Virus record (IMG/VR): IMGVR_UViG_3300029915_000003
Direction: 5' to 3' (one strand)
Length of the DNA: 64,000 nt
From: a virus
A program made the position numbers and the translations under genes. Position 1 is the first letter of the stretch. The number at the start of each line of letters is the position of its first letter. Shown in pieces: positions 36,970-47,669 of the stretch. Below the pieces are notes generated by a model, which was given only the letters and a program-made list of their open reading frames with translations, did no database searches and was not told where the DNA came from.

Positions 36970-37797
36970 ATGAAAGATTCTCAATTTCTACAACTTTTCA
37001 TTGGTAAAGAAGGAGCCCAAGCCCTTTCTAAGTCTGCGCGCGCAATCCCCTCTATAAATACCGTTATAGCGCCAACAGTACTTTCCACCTGGATCAGCTT
37101 AGTTGAGAACTTCGATGGGGAGGTCCTGGGTAAATCCATTAAATTCCAAAAGAACGAAGATGGGACATATAATGGTTCAGTTCAATTTTCAAAAGGGATG
37201 TCTATAGATTTTACCCTAAAGGACATTTTTTACGTGGTATCAGCTATTGCTGTAGCCCATGACTTAACAGGCGATATTGGAAATATCAAAAAAACAGACT
37301 TAACTGCTTTAAATAAGACTATTTCTGCCTTAGTAACACATACTCTTAATAAATCCCAAATGGTAGGAATAAATGCTGGTTTGGCGGCAAAACCACTAGC
37401 TGCAATGACTCCTACTCCTCCTAGTCCACCATCAATGAAACCCTTGGGAGCTAAGGCTCAAATACCAGGGATGCCCAAAGCGGATCCTTCCTTGTTGGCC
37501 AGTCAAGGGGTACCCCCCAATGAAATTCATTCCCCCAGTAGCTCTACGGGAACTAGTAGCTTGGGTACCATGAAATTACCTTCCTTGAAGTTGAAGAAGT
37601 CAGAAATAGTAGACAAATGTGGGATATGTGCCACCAAGCATTTCAAGGAAGACGTACTCAAGGGATGTCTCTGTATTCGGGGATTGCTCAAAACCACAAC
37701 CGTCGAACTCAAAGAAGACACCTATGTATTGGTAAATACTAATAATTTAGGTTTAAGTGATTTTGGTTTTATAGCAGACGCCTTGAAGGGTTTTTAA
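36970..37797 (+). CDS. Late hypothetical, probable internal head protein
   Basis: Late motif; LSK|SA, LNK|SQ and LKK|SE sites. Confidence 0.65.
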   Translation: MKDSQFLQLFIGKEGAQALSKSARAIPSINTVIAPTVLSTWISLVENFDGEVLGKSIKFQKNEDGTYNGSVQFSKGMSIDFTLKDIFYVVSAIAVAHDLTGDIGNIKKTDLTALNKTISALVTHTLNKSQMVGINAGLAAKPLAAMTPTPPSPPSMKPLGAKAQIPGMPKADPSLLASQGVPPNEIHSPSSSTGTSSLGTMKLPSLKLKKSEIVDKCGICATKHFKEDVLKGCLCIRGLLKTTTVELKEDTYVLVNTNNLGLSDFGFIADALKGF

Positions 37798-37799
37798 TA

Positions 37800-38321
37800 A
37801 TGGAAAAATCTAAAGAAAAATCAACCAAAGGTCCCCATAAGTGGATGGACAAATATGTCTTAGTAGACAAAGACGACTCAGCCTCTCTCGATAGGGACAG
37901 TGCTGTTGGTGAATTTCACAACAAACTCCCCAGAGAGGTAGCCGAAAAGGAAGCTTACCATAAATACACCCAAAAGGTCCATCAAGACGGGGCAATACAC
38001 CACTTAAAGGGAATGAAGGCTGCTGAAGCTACTGGAAATAAAGAAGCCAAAGAGTCCCATGGGTTAAAACTATATCTACATCTTAAGGCTTTGGGTGGAG
38101 ATCAAACAGAATTAGCATCTAAAATCAAGGCTTTGGCGGATGAAGACACATCTACCGGTACTTATAAGTTTCAAAGCCATTCTGGGGATGATCTTTTACA
38201 AGACTGCCTATCAAAAACAGAAACAAAAGACTATTTGCGTGAATTACTTAAAAATATGACCAAAAAACTTATCCAGAACGTCTTACAAGACAACAATCTT
38301 AATCATAATGAAATCAAATAA
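37800..38321 (+). CDS. Late hypothetical, probable internal head protein
   Basis: MEK|SK and LSK|TE sites. Confidence 0.6.
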   Translation: MEKSKEKSTKGPHKWMDKYVLVDKDDSASLDRDSAVGEFHNKLPREVAEKEAYHKYTQKVHQDGAIHHLKGMKAAEATGNKEAKESHGLKLYLHLKALGGDQTELASKIKALADEDTSTGTYKFQSHSGDDLLQDCLSKTETKDYLRELLKNMTKKLIQNVLQDNNLNHNEIK

Positions 38322-39516
38322 AAAATACAAATGTGATATTTTAGACGGAACAAGGATCGGAAGATTGACTGTAGTCGAAAAATTAATAGAAAAGACTAAA
38401 AATGGTTCTTTGAAATATTTATGTAAATGTGATTGTGGCAATCAAAAAATCATAAAAGGAGCCAACCTTTATTCAACAAAAACAATTAAGGCGACACAAA
38501 GTTGTGGTTGTTTACAAAGGGAATCAATCAAATTAATATTTAAAGACTTAGAAATTATAGAAATTGGTAGCAGGGTGGGTCAAGTAACTATATTAAAAGA
38601 ACTAGAGATTCGCAATAAGAATGGAAGTAAATACTTTTTATGTAAATGCGATTGCGGTAAAGAGATAAAGACAACAGCGACAAGACTTAGAATCAAACAT
38701 AAAAGTTCTGCGAAATATTCAACCATAGAAAGTTGTGGATGTTTAAGAAGCGAACGACGGTTATCTGGCGGCAAAAATCCGCCTGGGTTAAATATCATTA
38801 ACAAGCTTGTTAGTGATTATATCACTGGGGCGAAACATAGAGGATATAGCAATACGCTCACCTGGGATGAGCATGTGTATTTATTTAAACAAAACTGTTA
38901 TTATTGTAATTTACCTCCATCGAATATTTTAAAAGCATATAATTCAAGTTATATTTATTCCGGTATTGATAGAATCGATAATACTATTGGATATACTATA
39001 GATAATGTTGTCTCATCTTGCAAGAAATGTAATATAGCAAAGTTCTCTGGCACACAGTTGAATTTCATTAAATGGATTAAGAGTTTATACGAATTTAAAG
39101 AAACAACGAACATTTTAATTGATTTCGATCCAAAATTCAGAGCATTGAATCAATTAATCAGTAAATACAAAACTTCAGCAAAACAAAGGAAACTAAAATA
39201 TGATTTAGACAAAGAAACAGCAATTTTCCTTTTCAAAGGGGCATGTATTTATTGTAAAAAATCGCCATACAGAATATTCAAGATAAGAGCAAAGAAAGAA
39301 TATTTATATGTCTATAACGGTATAGATAGAGTTGATAACCGTCAAGGATATATTAAGGAAAATGTTGTTTCTTGCTGCACACAATGTAATTATAGTAAAA
39401 GGGATTTGTCAGTACAAGAATTTAAAGATTGGACATTGAGAGCATACAACCATATGAAATCTAATGGTATTTTTGATAAAATAAAGCCCAAAGACAATAT
39501 TTACAAGAACTTTTGA
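38308..39516 (+). mobile_element. Free-standing HNH homing endonuclease with duplicated domains
   Basis: Two GxxT..CKCDCG..SCGCL modules and two CxYC..GIDRxDN..GY..NVV..CxxCNxxK modules. Confidence 0.88.
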
Positions 39517-39592
39517 AAGAAATGGTCGGAAATCTGGCCAAAGCAATAAAGAAGTAAAGCAATAATCTTATTTACAGGAGATTTAAACAATT

Positions 39593-40264
39593 ATGGCAAA
39601 TAACATTCGAAGTGCTACAGCGTCAATGGTTAATACGGGCAGCTACGACGGTCTATGCGTACTAAGCAGTGCAGACGCTTTTGACGTTGGGGCTACAGTG
39701 AGTATTACCTCAACGGTATACCCCCAACCCAACAATCTAGTAATTCTGGCTAAAAATGGAAGCATCCTCACCCTTGGTCTTCCCAATGGTGGTGGTCTAG
39801 CCAATTTAAGCCAATACTTCTGCCCTCCGATTGACACCGTTACGGTCCAGCAATCAGCCGGTCCTGGTCCTGGCAGCGGTGGCTACAACATTTTCCCTGG
39901 TACTCCGGGTCAAAACTTTTACGGTAATTTCGGTCTAACCCTTGGACCGGACGTTGGAAGTTCAGCTGTTGGTTCAACCTATTGGTCTCTAGCGGCTCTT
40001 GCCGATGCGACTACGGGTGATGCTCTTATTTGGGTTGCGGCCACTGCTGGTTATAACGCTCCGGCTTGGGGTGCGTCTCAAGTAATTCAAGCTAGCATGC
40101 AACGAGCCTCGGGCGGTAACGTATATGTTGCCCTAAATAGCGGAACGACCAATAGCGGTCAGACCCCTACCGGAACTACTACTTTTACCGGTACAGACGG
40201 TATCACTTGGCAATTCTTAGCCACTGCGACACCCGCAACCTTCACTCAAATCGGTATCAAATAA
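39593..40264 (+). CDS. Probable virion decoration/fibre protein
   Basis: Late motif plus AGGAG SD; W.A..GxxYVA..GTT..PTGT..DGITW module. Confidence 0.6.
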   Translation: MANNIRSATASMVNTGSYDGLCVLSSADAFDVGATVSITSTVYPQPNNLVILAKNGSILTLGLPNGGGLANLSQYFCPPIDTVTVQQSAGPGPGSGGYNIFPGTPGQNFYGNFGLTLGPDVGSSAVGSTYWSLAALADATTGDALIWVAATAGYNAPAWGASQVIQASMQRASGGNVYVALNSGTTNSGQTPTGTTTFTGTDGITWQFLATATPATFTQIGIK

Positions 40265-40290
40265 AATTTAATTAAGGTAAATCTCCTGTG

Positions 40291-40330
40291 AAAGGGTTCT
40301 GGGTTTAAACACCTAGAACCTTTTCTATTT
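40291..40330 (+). terminator. Rho-independent terminator
   Basis: AAAGGGTTCTGGGT/ACCTAGAACCTTT hairpin plus T-rich tail. Confidence 0.7.
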
Positions 40331-40350
40331 GGGGAATAATCTTTAAGCAT

Positions 40351-41229
40351 ATGACTTTCCCCAACCAAGTTTCCAGTACTACCACGGATGTAGGTACCCC
40401 TTTTGGCCAGATAAACGTGGGTAATTCTAATGGCTTTACACCTGGAGCGACTGTATTGATAAGTTCTCAGGTATTTCCTACTCCCTATCAATTAAAAATA
40501 CTATCCATACAAGGGAATCAATTAAACCTAGTAACCCTACAAGACACCATACCTGATTTAAGCCAATTTGGTACCCTACCTACAGATACCACCACTATCA
40601 CCCAAATAACTACTCCGATAGGATGGTATACCCTTTTAGATGGTAATCCCGGTTCTTCATATTATGGTTATTTTAACAAAGTTACTGGTCCCGATACTGG
40701 CAACGCCAATGAATGGGATCAGTTTTGGTGCTTAAATGCATCCAATAATGGTGATTCAATAATTTGGATTTGTTCTTCTCCAGGTGTTTGCGCTCCTCAA
40801 TGGGCTGAAGGCCAATCCATCCAAATAAACATGCAACGCAGTAATGCTGGTCAAAACTACGTTGCTACTTCTAGTGGTACTACTACTGGGGGAAATGCCC
40901 CTACTGGTACAGCCACAGAAACAGGAACTGATGGAATTACATGGATTTATGTAAATAGTTTACCTGTTGCTACATTTAACAGTATATTATTGGCAAGTCC
41001 TGGTGGAAGTCCTCCAACCTTTGTAAACAATGAGATACCAACAGGTTCAATAGATGGTATTAACGGTACCTTTACTTTACTACACATACCTCTTGATGGC
41101 ATTAATGTGTATTTATCGGGATTAAGAGTCCCCCCTGTTAATTATACTTTAATTGGCAATGTTTTTACTTTCGTATTAGGGCAAATTCCACCAGAAGGAT
41201 CTTATCTTTATGTCGATTACTCATATTAA
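40351..41229 (+). CDS. Paralog of 39593 with extra C-terminal beta domain
   Basis: Collinear similarity (GATV.I.S.V.P.P, GPD.G, MQR..G..YVA..SGTT, GTDGITW). Confidence 0.65.
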   Translation: MTFPNQVSSTTTDVGTPFGQINVGNSNGFTPGATVLISSQVFPTPYQLKILSIQGNQLNLVTLQDTIPDLSQFGTLPTDTTTITQITTPIGWYTLLDGNPGSSYYGYFNKVTGPDTGNANEWDQFWCLNASNNGDSIIWICSSPGVCAPQWAEGQSIQINMQRSNAGQNYVATSSGTTTGGNAPTGTATETGTDGITWIYVNSLPVATFNSILLASPGGSPPTFVNNEIPTGSIDGINGTFTLLHIPLDGINVYLSGLRVPPVNYTLIGNVFTFVLGQIPPEGSYLYVDYSY

Positions 41230-42457
41230 GTTTTCTCGTATAACAGGTATTTTAGGTGTAATTGGTCTTATAGCTATAGGGGCCGTTGGTTTTAGGTTTA
41301 AGGACGCTATTGCTGCGGCTACTGGTATTAATACCCAACAAGCTATAACCGCTGCTCCTGTTGCTATGAATATGTCCGGTTTGGATGCAGGAGAAGGGGT
41401 TAGTGTAGCTTTTGCCAAGGCCGATCACGTACACCCTATATCCGGTATATTGTCTCCAATTAACGGAGGGACTGGTCTAAGTGTGGATTCTGGCACCTTC
41501 ATAATGACCAACGCTTTGGATGGAGGACAAATTAATGTACAAGCATACATAACTGGTAAAACAGATTATACCCAACAAAGTACCACAATGACCGTAATAG
41601 GTGGTCTTGGTTCAAATGACGGTATGGACATTTTCGGTGGAGACTCAACAGATGGAGGTCAATCTGGTTTCGGCCTAGTCATTTGGGCTGGTAACTCCAA
41701 TGGTGGCTCCGACTTAAACGCAGACGGAGGGGTCGGAGGTAGCGCCTTTTTGGCCTTCGGAACAGGAGAAGCTCAAGGACTTACAGGTATTGGTGGTCCC
41801 AGGAACGGATGGGGACTTTTAGGATATGGTGGTTGCCAAGGAGAATTCTACTATTGTGGAGCTATTGCTTCTGAATACGTAGGAGATGGAGTTGAAGGTT
41901 ATGGTTATGGGGGTAACGGTTATTACGGTGTAAGAGGTATTGGAGGTACCCTAACAGATGGAGGTGGAACCACTACAGGAGTAAGAGGTGATGGTTCTCA
42001 GGCTGGAGGTAATGGAGGTCAGTTCTACGCTCACGGTGGTAATTATGCTGGTATTATAACTCAAGGTGGTCCAGATGGTGGTCCAGGAGCATATATAATT
42101 GGTGGAACCGATGGTGGAGCAGCTTTAGTGTTGTCTCCAAATTCTGGTCCAGCAATTGCAATGCTCCCAACAGCCCCTCCAATGAGTCCAACCACAAATG
42201 GTTATATTTATCAAGATAATGTATTAAATTCATTTATGGTAGGAGATGGCACCTATTCCTACCGTATGCCTAAATGCAAAGTTCACGCTCTTAATGGTTC
42301 GGGTATTTACACCCAAAGTGTTGAAACAGGATCTACCGGATGCTCCGTTACGGACCAAGATAACGCTATTGCTGGTAAATGCAAAATAGCAGCAACCACT
42401 CTTACCGTAACAATACCCGGTGGAGCTTCAGACAATATAAACCTCTGTTACCAATAA
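41210..42457 (+). CDS. Gly-rich fibre-like protein with N-terminal hydrophobic signal/anchor
   Basis: AKADHVHP fibre motif; many GG/DGG repeats. Confidence 0.6.
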   Translation: MSITHIKFSRITGILGVIGLIAIGAVGFRFKDAIAAATGINTQQAITAAPVAMNMSGLDAGEGVSVAFAKADHVHPISGILSPINGGTGLSVDSGTFIMTNALDGGQINVQAYITGKTDYTQQSTTMTVIGGLGSNDGMDIFGGDSTDGGQSGFGLVIWAGNSNGGSDLNADGGVGGSAFLAFGTGEAQGLTGIGGPRNGWGLLGYGGCQGEFYYCGAIASEYVGDGVEGYGYGGNGYYGVRGIGGTLTDGGGTTTGVRGDGSQAGGNGGQFYAHGGNYAGIITQGGPDGGPGAYIIGGTDGGAALVLSPNSGPAIAMLPTAPPMSPTTNGYIYQDNVLNSFMVGDGTYSYRMPKCKVHALNGSGIYTQSVETGSTGCSVTDQDNAIAGKCKIAATTLTVTIPGGASDNINLCYQ

Positions 42458-42479
42458 TAGACCCCAATTTTAAGGGAAT

Positions 42480-44597
42480 ATGGCTAATGACACTTTAGAG
42501 AAAAATTGGAAGAGTGCCCTATTGGGTGGAGTTTTAGGAGCTGGACTTTTAGCTAACAACAGTATAGGTCACGAACCAGCCCTTCCCAAACCAATAGTTC
42601 AACCAAAGGTGGACTCACCTTGGTCTACTACCGGTTTGCATCCAGATTTATTGCCAATAGCCTTCCTAGAAAGTTCCGGGGGTAAATTTACCCAGCACCA
42701 ACCCCACTCGGGGGGTCCATACTACACGGCCTTTGGATCTGTGGGATTAAAACCCGTAAGTGCTCATGATTATTACCTAAAAAACAAACAAGTACAAGCT
42801 AAATATCCAGATCTTTCCGATAAGGATAAGTTCACTCAAAAACTAAAGACAGATCCAAAATTCTACAACGAAATGGCTTCAGACCTATGGACTCAAAACG
42901 CCAATAAGTTCAAAAACTCTTTACCTCATGCTGTTTATGCATGGCGACACGGACGCAAGGCGGCTATTGATGCAGGTAAAGAAACAGTACAAAATGATCC
43001 TTACGTTAAATCATATTTAGGATACCAATCTAAACAAAAAGACATGATACCTAAAGTTAAAGCCGTTAAGGCTCCAGAACACCCCAAAGGGATGACTTGT
43101 TCCGATGGTCAATGCTCGGTACCAAGTCATTACGATCCTGTAGCAGCCGCAAAATACGAAGAAAGCCTTGGCTTAAACAAAAGTCTAACAGAGGGTATGC
43201 TGTTTGATATATATATAAGCTGGGCGTTAGAAGAAGTTGAGGTGGAAGCTCAACTCTATGCCAAAGAAGGGAACACCCTCGCCTTACGTAATTTAGAAGA
43301 CAAAATTAAAGACGCCAATCAGTTATGGGAATCATTTTGCCTGAGGACCATGGGCGAAGTGATTTGTGTCGGAGGAATATCAGATGTGGGTAGAATCTTG
43401 TTGCACCAAGACTCTTTAGATGAATTACCGACAATTAAAAGCGAGATAGAGGCTATATTCGACTCTCCCGTAAGTATAGGAGCTGGTAGGGATTTAAAAG
43501 AATCCGACCAAGCCCTGTATATTTGCGCTAAAGAAACCCCTGGTAAAATAGTATTCTACACCCAAGAAATAGCATATAAAATCAAATTAATATCCGATTC
43601 TATGGCTAAATCCGAAAATGCCCCTGCGGCTCAAGCCAAGGAAGACGCTCAAGCTAAAAAAAGGAATTGGAAACAAGCCTTCTCTGCTCATGTCACTACC
43701 GCTGATCCATCTAAAAATTCCAATTGGCACAAAACGGGCTCTTTTAGAGGCAAGACTCATGCTGGTTTTATTCATGCCAAAGCCGGTGGGGATGTTCCAA
43801 GCGTACACAAGCCAAAGGCACCTGAACATACACCAGAAAGAGTTGCTGGACTCCGGAAGCCGAAGGATATTTTGAATGATTTAACCAACCTATCTGCCAA
43901 GGGTTCCGGTAAACCAAAAGAAGACATAGAAGGAATAAAAAAGAAGATAGTCAAACTCCTAGAAAACCTTAAATCAGAAGAACTAGAACAATTAAAAATA
44001 GCAAATCCAGACGCTTACGCTACGATTCTAAAGCTAATAGGAGCCATTACGTCCATCGGAAGGGCTCTTCCTGAAGCTCCAAGGGAGTCCAATGAAGACT
44101 GGGTACCACCACCCGCTCCAGCTCAAGTCGCCAAAACCGAAGATGTTAACATAGTACAGGCTGCATTCCTAGATAACACCAGCAAGGTTGTATATGGTAC
44201 TGGTTCTTGTCATGATATAAACTACTTACCTACCGAATACAACGAAAAAACCTATACGGAAGGTTTCCTTACAGATGAAAATGAATTCGTATCCAGAGAA
44301 GAAGCTGGGGGATTAAGATCTGAGGACGTATTCAAAACAAATGATTCCAAAGAGTTCCTTGCTAATTTGAATAAGGGGGGTATAAAGCTGCCATCAATTA
44401 AGGTGAAAAGGTTTATTCGTCCGAGCTATCCCATTGGAACAGAAAAACAAAACGGACTAGGAGTTCTAGAAATAAAGGTGCAACACTTAGGTCCGCAAGG
44501 CGAGCCAGGGGAAATAGGCTGGAACAAGATCGGCTCTGGCAAGATAATGGGTTCAGATGGCCACCCTATAAGTTCTCAAAATCAAAGAGCTAAATAA
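42480..44597 (+). CDS. Multidomain late polyprotein: lytic transglycosylase + degenerate mCpol-like domain + small conserved domain
   Basis: IAFLESSGG..AFGSVGL..YAWRHG..YV (SLT); GEVICVGG..VSIGAGRDLKESDQAL..AK (mCpol-like); GFLT..FVSREEA..LRSED. Confidence 0.7.
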   Translation: MANDTLEKNWKSALLGGVLGAGLLANNSIGHEPALPKPIVQPKVDSPWSTTGLHPDLLPIAFLESSGGKFTQHQPHSGGPYYTAFGSVGLKPVSAHDYYLKNKQVQAKYPDLSDKDKFTQKLKTDPKFYNEMASDLWTQNANKFKNSLPHAVYAWRHGRKAAIDAGKETVQNDPYVKSYLGYQSKQKDMIPKVKAVKAPEHPKGMTCSDGQCSVPSHYDPVAAAKYEESLGLNKSLTEGMLFDIYISWALEEVEVEAQLYAKEGNTLALRNLEDKIKDANQLWESFCLRTMGEVICVGGISDVGRILLHQDSLDELPTIKSEIEAIFDSPVSIGAGRDLKESDQALYICAKETPGKIVFYTQEIAYKIKLISDSMAKSENAPAAQAKEDAQAKKRNWKQAFSAHVTTADPSKNSNWHKTGSFRGKTHAGFIHAKAGGDVPSVHKPKAPEHTPERVAGLRKPKDILNDLTNLSAKGSGKPKEDIEGIKKKIVKLLENLKSEELEQLKIANPDAYATILKLIGAITSIGRALPEAPRESNEDWVPPPAPAQVAKTEDVNIVQAAFLDNTSKVVYGTGSCHDINYLPTEYNEKTYTEGFLTDENEFVSREEAGGLRSEDVFKTNDSKEFLANLNKGGIKLPSIKVKRFIRPSYPIGTEKQNGLGVLEIKVQHLGPQGEPGEIGWNKIGSGKIMGSDGHPISSQNQRAK

Positions 44598-45340
44598 TGT
44601 TTACAGTAAAACTCAAAGCTCCAGACTTTGATAAGATAGCCAAAGATCTAGGAAGTGAGATAGACGAGCGTATCGATGGACTTGTATCAACTATGGCTCA
44701 AAAAGCATTTGATCATATAGTTGATATAGCCCAAGAGGAATTAAAGACTCTAAAAGATAAATATATAGAAGGTCTAGAAATAGAACAATTGACTCCAACC
44801 TCTTGGTTGATATCTATGACCGATAAATCAGGATGGATAGAAACTGGTCACGAACCAGGATTCCAAATGTTACCGGGCTTTTTAAACAGTCCTAAAGCAA
44901 AAACAGCCAAAGACGGTTCTAAATACCTAATCATACCAATGGAACATGCTACCGAAACTAGTCATTCCACCCAAAAAGGTCAAGAAACCAAAGACCTATT
45001 GAAGAGAGAACTCAGTCAAAGAGGAGTTCCTTTTACCGGTATAGAAAATGGCAACAACGGAAAACCAAAACTAGGAACTTTGCACAATTTCAACTTTGGA
45101 GGTCGCCAGGGGCTCACTGGTATTCCATATCTTCAAGGTGTGAGGATTAGTCAAAAACAAACCAATCAGGGCGTTAAACGGTCTATAATGACCTGGAGGA
45201 CCGCTTCTAGCAAGCAAAACCCATCGGAATATTGGGTTCTAGAGAATGGAACCAAAGGATTGGGTGCTTTTGACAAAACTGTGGATTGGATAGAACAAGA
45301 ATGGGAAAAATTGGTATTGGGAGAATTTGGTACCAGTTAG
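44597..45340 (+). CDS. Probable neck/tail-completion protein
   Basis: IETG..F.M..G.L..KAK.AKDG.KYL.IP and WRTAS motifs; genomic position. Confidence 0.6.
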   Translation: MFTVKLKAPDFDKIAKDLGSEIDERIDGLVSTMAQKAFDHIVDIAQEELKTLKDKYIEGLEIEQLTPTSWLISMTDKSGWIETGHEPGFQMLPGFLNSPKAKTAKDGSKYLIIPMEHATETSHSTQKGQETKDLLKRELSQRGVPFTGIENGNNGKPKLGTLHNFNFGGRQGLTGIPYLQGVRISQKQTNQGVKRSIMTWRTASSKQNPSEYWVLENGTKGLGAFDKTVDWIEQEWEKLVLGEFGTS

Positions 45341-45672
45341 TCTTTAGGGGTATTGTACTTAAAACCCACCATACTCAATAAGTCACTAACATCCCTAATA
45401 CTTAAGGCATCGCTAGGATTGTCTGAGTCAAATTCGGAAATTATTGAGTTAATTAGCTTAATAACCTTATTAACAGCTTTTTGCTTGAAAACCATACGAT
45501 AATGAGTAGAACATGGTCGCCCTAAGGCCACTTGTACTTCTATGGATTTCCTAAGTAAATTACCCCGCTGCACTGGCTCTCTGTAAGCCTTAAGAAAATC
45601 CTTAAAACAAGACAAAATATAAGCTTCCTTAAACTCTGGTGGCTTTAACTGTTCGGGCATATCTAATAACAT
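45337..45672 (-). CDS. Hypothetical protein (reverse strand)
   Basis: Fills the gap between + genes; start uncertain (45672 or 45660). Confidence 0.5.
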   Translation of the reverse strand: MLLDMPEQLKPPEFKEAYILSCFKDFLKAYREPVQRGNLLRKSIEVQVALGRPCSTHYRMVFKQKAVNKVIKLINSIISEFDSDNPSDALSIRDVSDLLSMVGFKYNTPKD

Positions 45673-45693
45673 TGCTAGCAATCTTAGTCTACA

Positions 45694-46707
45694 ATGACCA
45701 CAAATGTCAATACAGTTTCGGTAGATTCGCCTCCTTTGGCGACACCTCAATTGCTATCCAACACAGAAACCAGGGGTATTGTAGATACTTCTTGGGTATT
45801 GCGCACCGCTATTATGGCTGGTTTGGAAGATATACGCCAAAATCCAGAACTAATCAATTATGCGCTTTCCAATCTTTTCTTAATAGACCCTATAACCAAT
45901 AAAGACATAAGAACCACTATTATAAATACTGCTAAGGACTGGATTCTTAACAGTAAAATCTCAGTGGTGCTTTACCCCAAATTAGACGAAGTGGAATTTC
46001 CTTGTGTAACTATTAATATACTGGATTCTGTTGAAGTCGAAAACCAATTAGGAGACATCCACTACAAACCGTCCCAAGAAGGGAATACAGTAGATCCGTA
46101 CCTATTGGGACCAATCACCACCTCTGCCTATAATGTAGATACCGGTGAAATCACTCTACCCGCCAGTGCTGGCTCTATATACAGTACAGAAAGAATGGCT
46201 GTAATTGGTACGGACGGAAAAGAAATACCCATAGTCAAATCTTGGTATGGAAGCAGTATTTTCATTCCTCCTAATACAAATCCGTCCCTAGTTAATATCA
46301 TAAGTGTAGGAACCGCCTCCCCTAACGCTAGGACGAGGTTGGAGTCTGCTAGATTCCTAGAGAAATTTACCATTGGATGCTTTGCTCAAGGCGAACCGTC
46401 TTATACTATTTATCTCAATAGCATAATTATGTTTGTTTTGTTAAGATATCGAGAAAATCTACTAGAAGCAAGAGGTTACGAACGTACCACCGTAAGTAAT
46501 GGAGCTTTAACCAGCTTTTCTCAATTTATAGAAGGCAAGGAAAACGTATTTGGCCGAAATATCAATATAAGTGGATATACTAATGTAGTTTGGCCTAAGT
46601 ATACCTCGATCGTTCTTAATAGTGTTGTGACTCAAGTTGTGGCTCAAGTAGTTGGAGAAACCCCATCCAATCCGGTGCCGGGGAATATCTTGTGGACTTC
46701 AAAATAA
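45694..46707 (+). CDS. Probable tail terminator/sheath stabiliser
   Basis: YP..FPCVTI motif; upstream of sheath; late motif. Confidence 0.55.
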   Translation: MTTNVNTVSVDSPPLATPQLLSNTETRGIVDTSWVLRTAIMAGLEDIRQNPELINYALSNLFLIDPITNKDIRTTIINTAKDWILNSKISVVLYPKLDEVEFPCVTINILDSVEVENQLGDIHYKPSQEGNTVDPYLLGPITTSAYNVDTGEITLPASAGSIYSTERMAVIGTDGKEIPIVKSWYGSSIFIPPNTNPSLVNIISVGTASPNARTRLESARFLEKFTIGCFAQGEPSYTIYLNSIIMFVLLRYRENLLEARGYERTTVSNGALTSFSQFIEGKENVFGRNINISGYTNVVWPKYTSIVLNSVVTQVVAQVVGETPSNPVPGNILWTSK

Positions 46708-46754
46708 AGCATTTTTTGGCCAAACAAAATTACCGGAATCTTAATTTTAAACAG

Positions 46755-47663
46755 ATGGACAAGATAAGATACCATATCTATATATTAAAACATCCTATTA
46801 CTAATGAAATTAGATACGTAGGACAAACGAAAAATACTCTCTCCAACAGACTATATGATCATTTATATGAAGCAAGGAAAAGAAAAAATCTAACATACAA
46901 AAATAATTGGGTGTTTTCATTGCTGCAAAAAGAATTAAAACCAAAAATAGAAATGTTAGATTATGCTTGGGGGATAGAAGAGGCAAATCAAATAGAAAAA
47001 ACATATATTAAAAGATTCAAAGAAATGGGAAAAAGATTAACCAATTCAACCACAGGAGGAGAGGGGCATGTACCAATTCCATTAACAGAAGAACAAAAAG
47101 ATAAGTATCGCAAACAAGTTATAGAATTAAATACAGGGAAAATTTACAAAAGCCAAACACATGCCGCTAAAGAATTGGGAGTTCTACCTTCAAGTATATC
47201 CGCCATATGCAAGGGAAAGCATGCTTCTATTCATGGTTATCGATTTCAATACGGGAACACGCCGGTCGATTACAAGAACCCACATAAAGCATTGAAAAGA
47301 CCAATAATTGAAGTAAAAAGTGGAATTAAATACAACAATACAAAGGAAGCTGCCGAAACACTAAAGTTAGACAAAAGCCATATATCTGCTGTTTTAAGAG
47401 GAGATCGTATTCAAACGGGTGGTTGTCAATTTAAATACGCAGACGACTCGTCCGTATTTGTATTAAGAAATAGGAAATTCAATAACAAAAAGATCATAGA
47501 GACAACCACAAATACAATTTATAACAGTATCAAAGAAGCGGCTTTAAAAAATAACCTTAAGCCATGTTCCCTGTCACAAGCAATTAACGGAAAAATCAAA
47601 AAGCTAAGATGTGGTCTTGTGTTTAAGTTTTTAATAGAAACACAACCAAACCGTAATATTTAA
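46755..47663 (+). mobile_element. Free-standing GIY-YIG homing endonuclease with three NUMOD1-like HTH repeats
   Basis: IYIL..YVGQT..R..H and LTNSTTGGEG motifs; three IE..Y.S..AA..L...IS repeats. Confidence 0.88.
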
Positions 47664-47669
47664 GGGTAT

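Noticed and set aside
36217-47663. Group I introns or inteins housing the three endonucleases
   Set aside because: Flanking genes have their own starts and stops with only a few nt of spacing, leaving no room for intron cores; treated as free-standing
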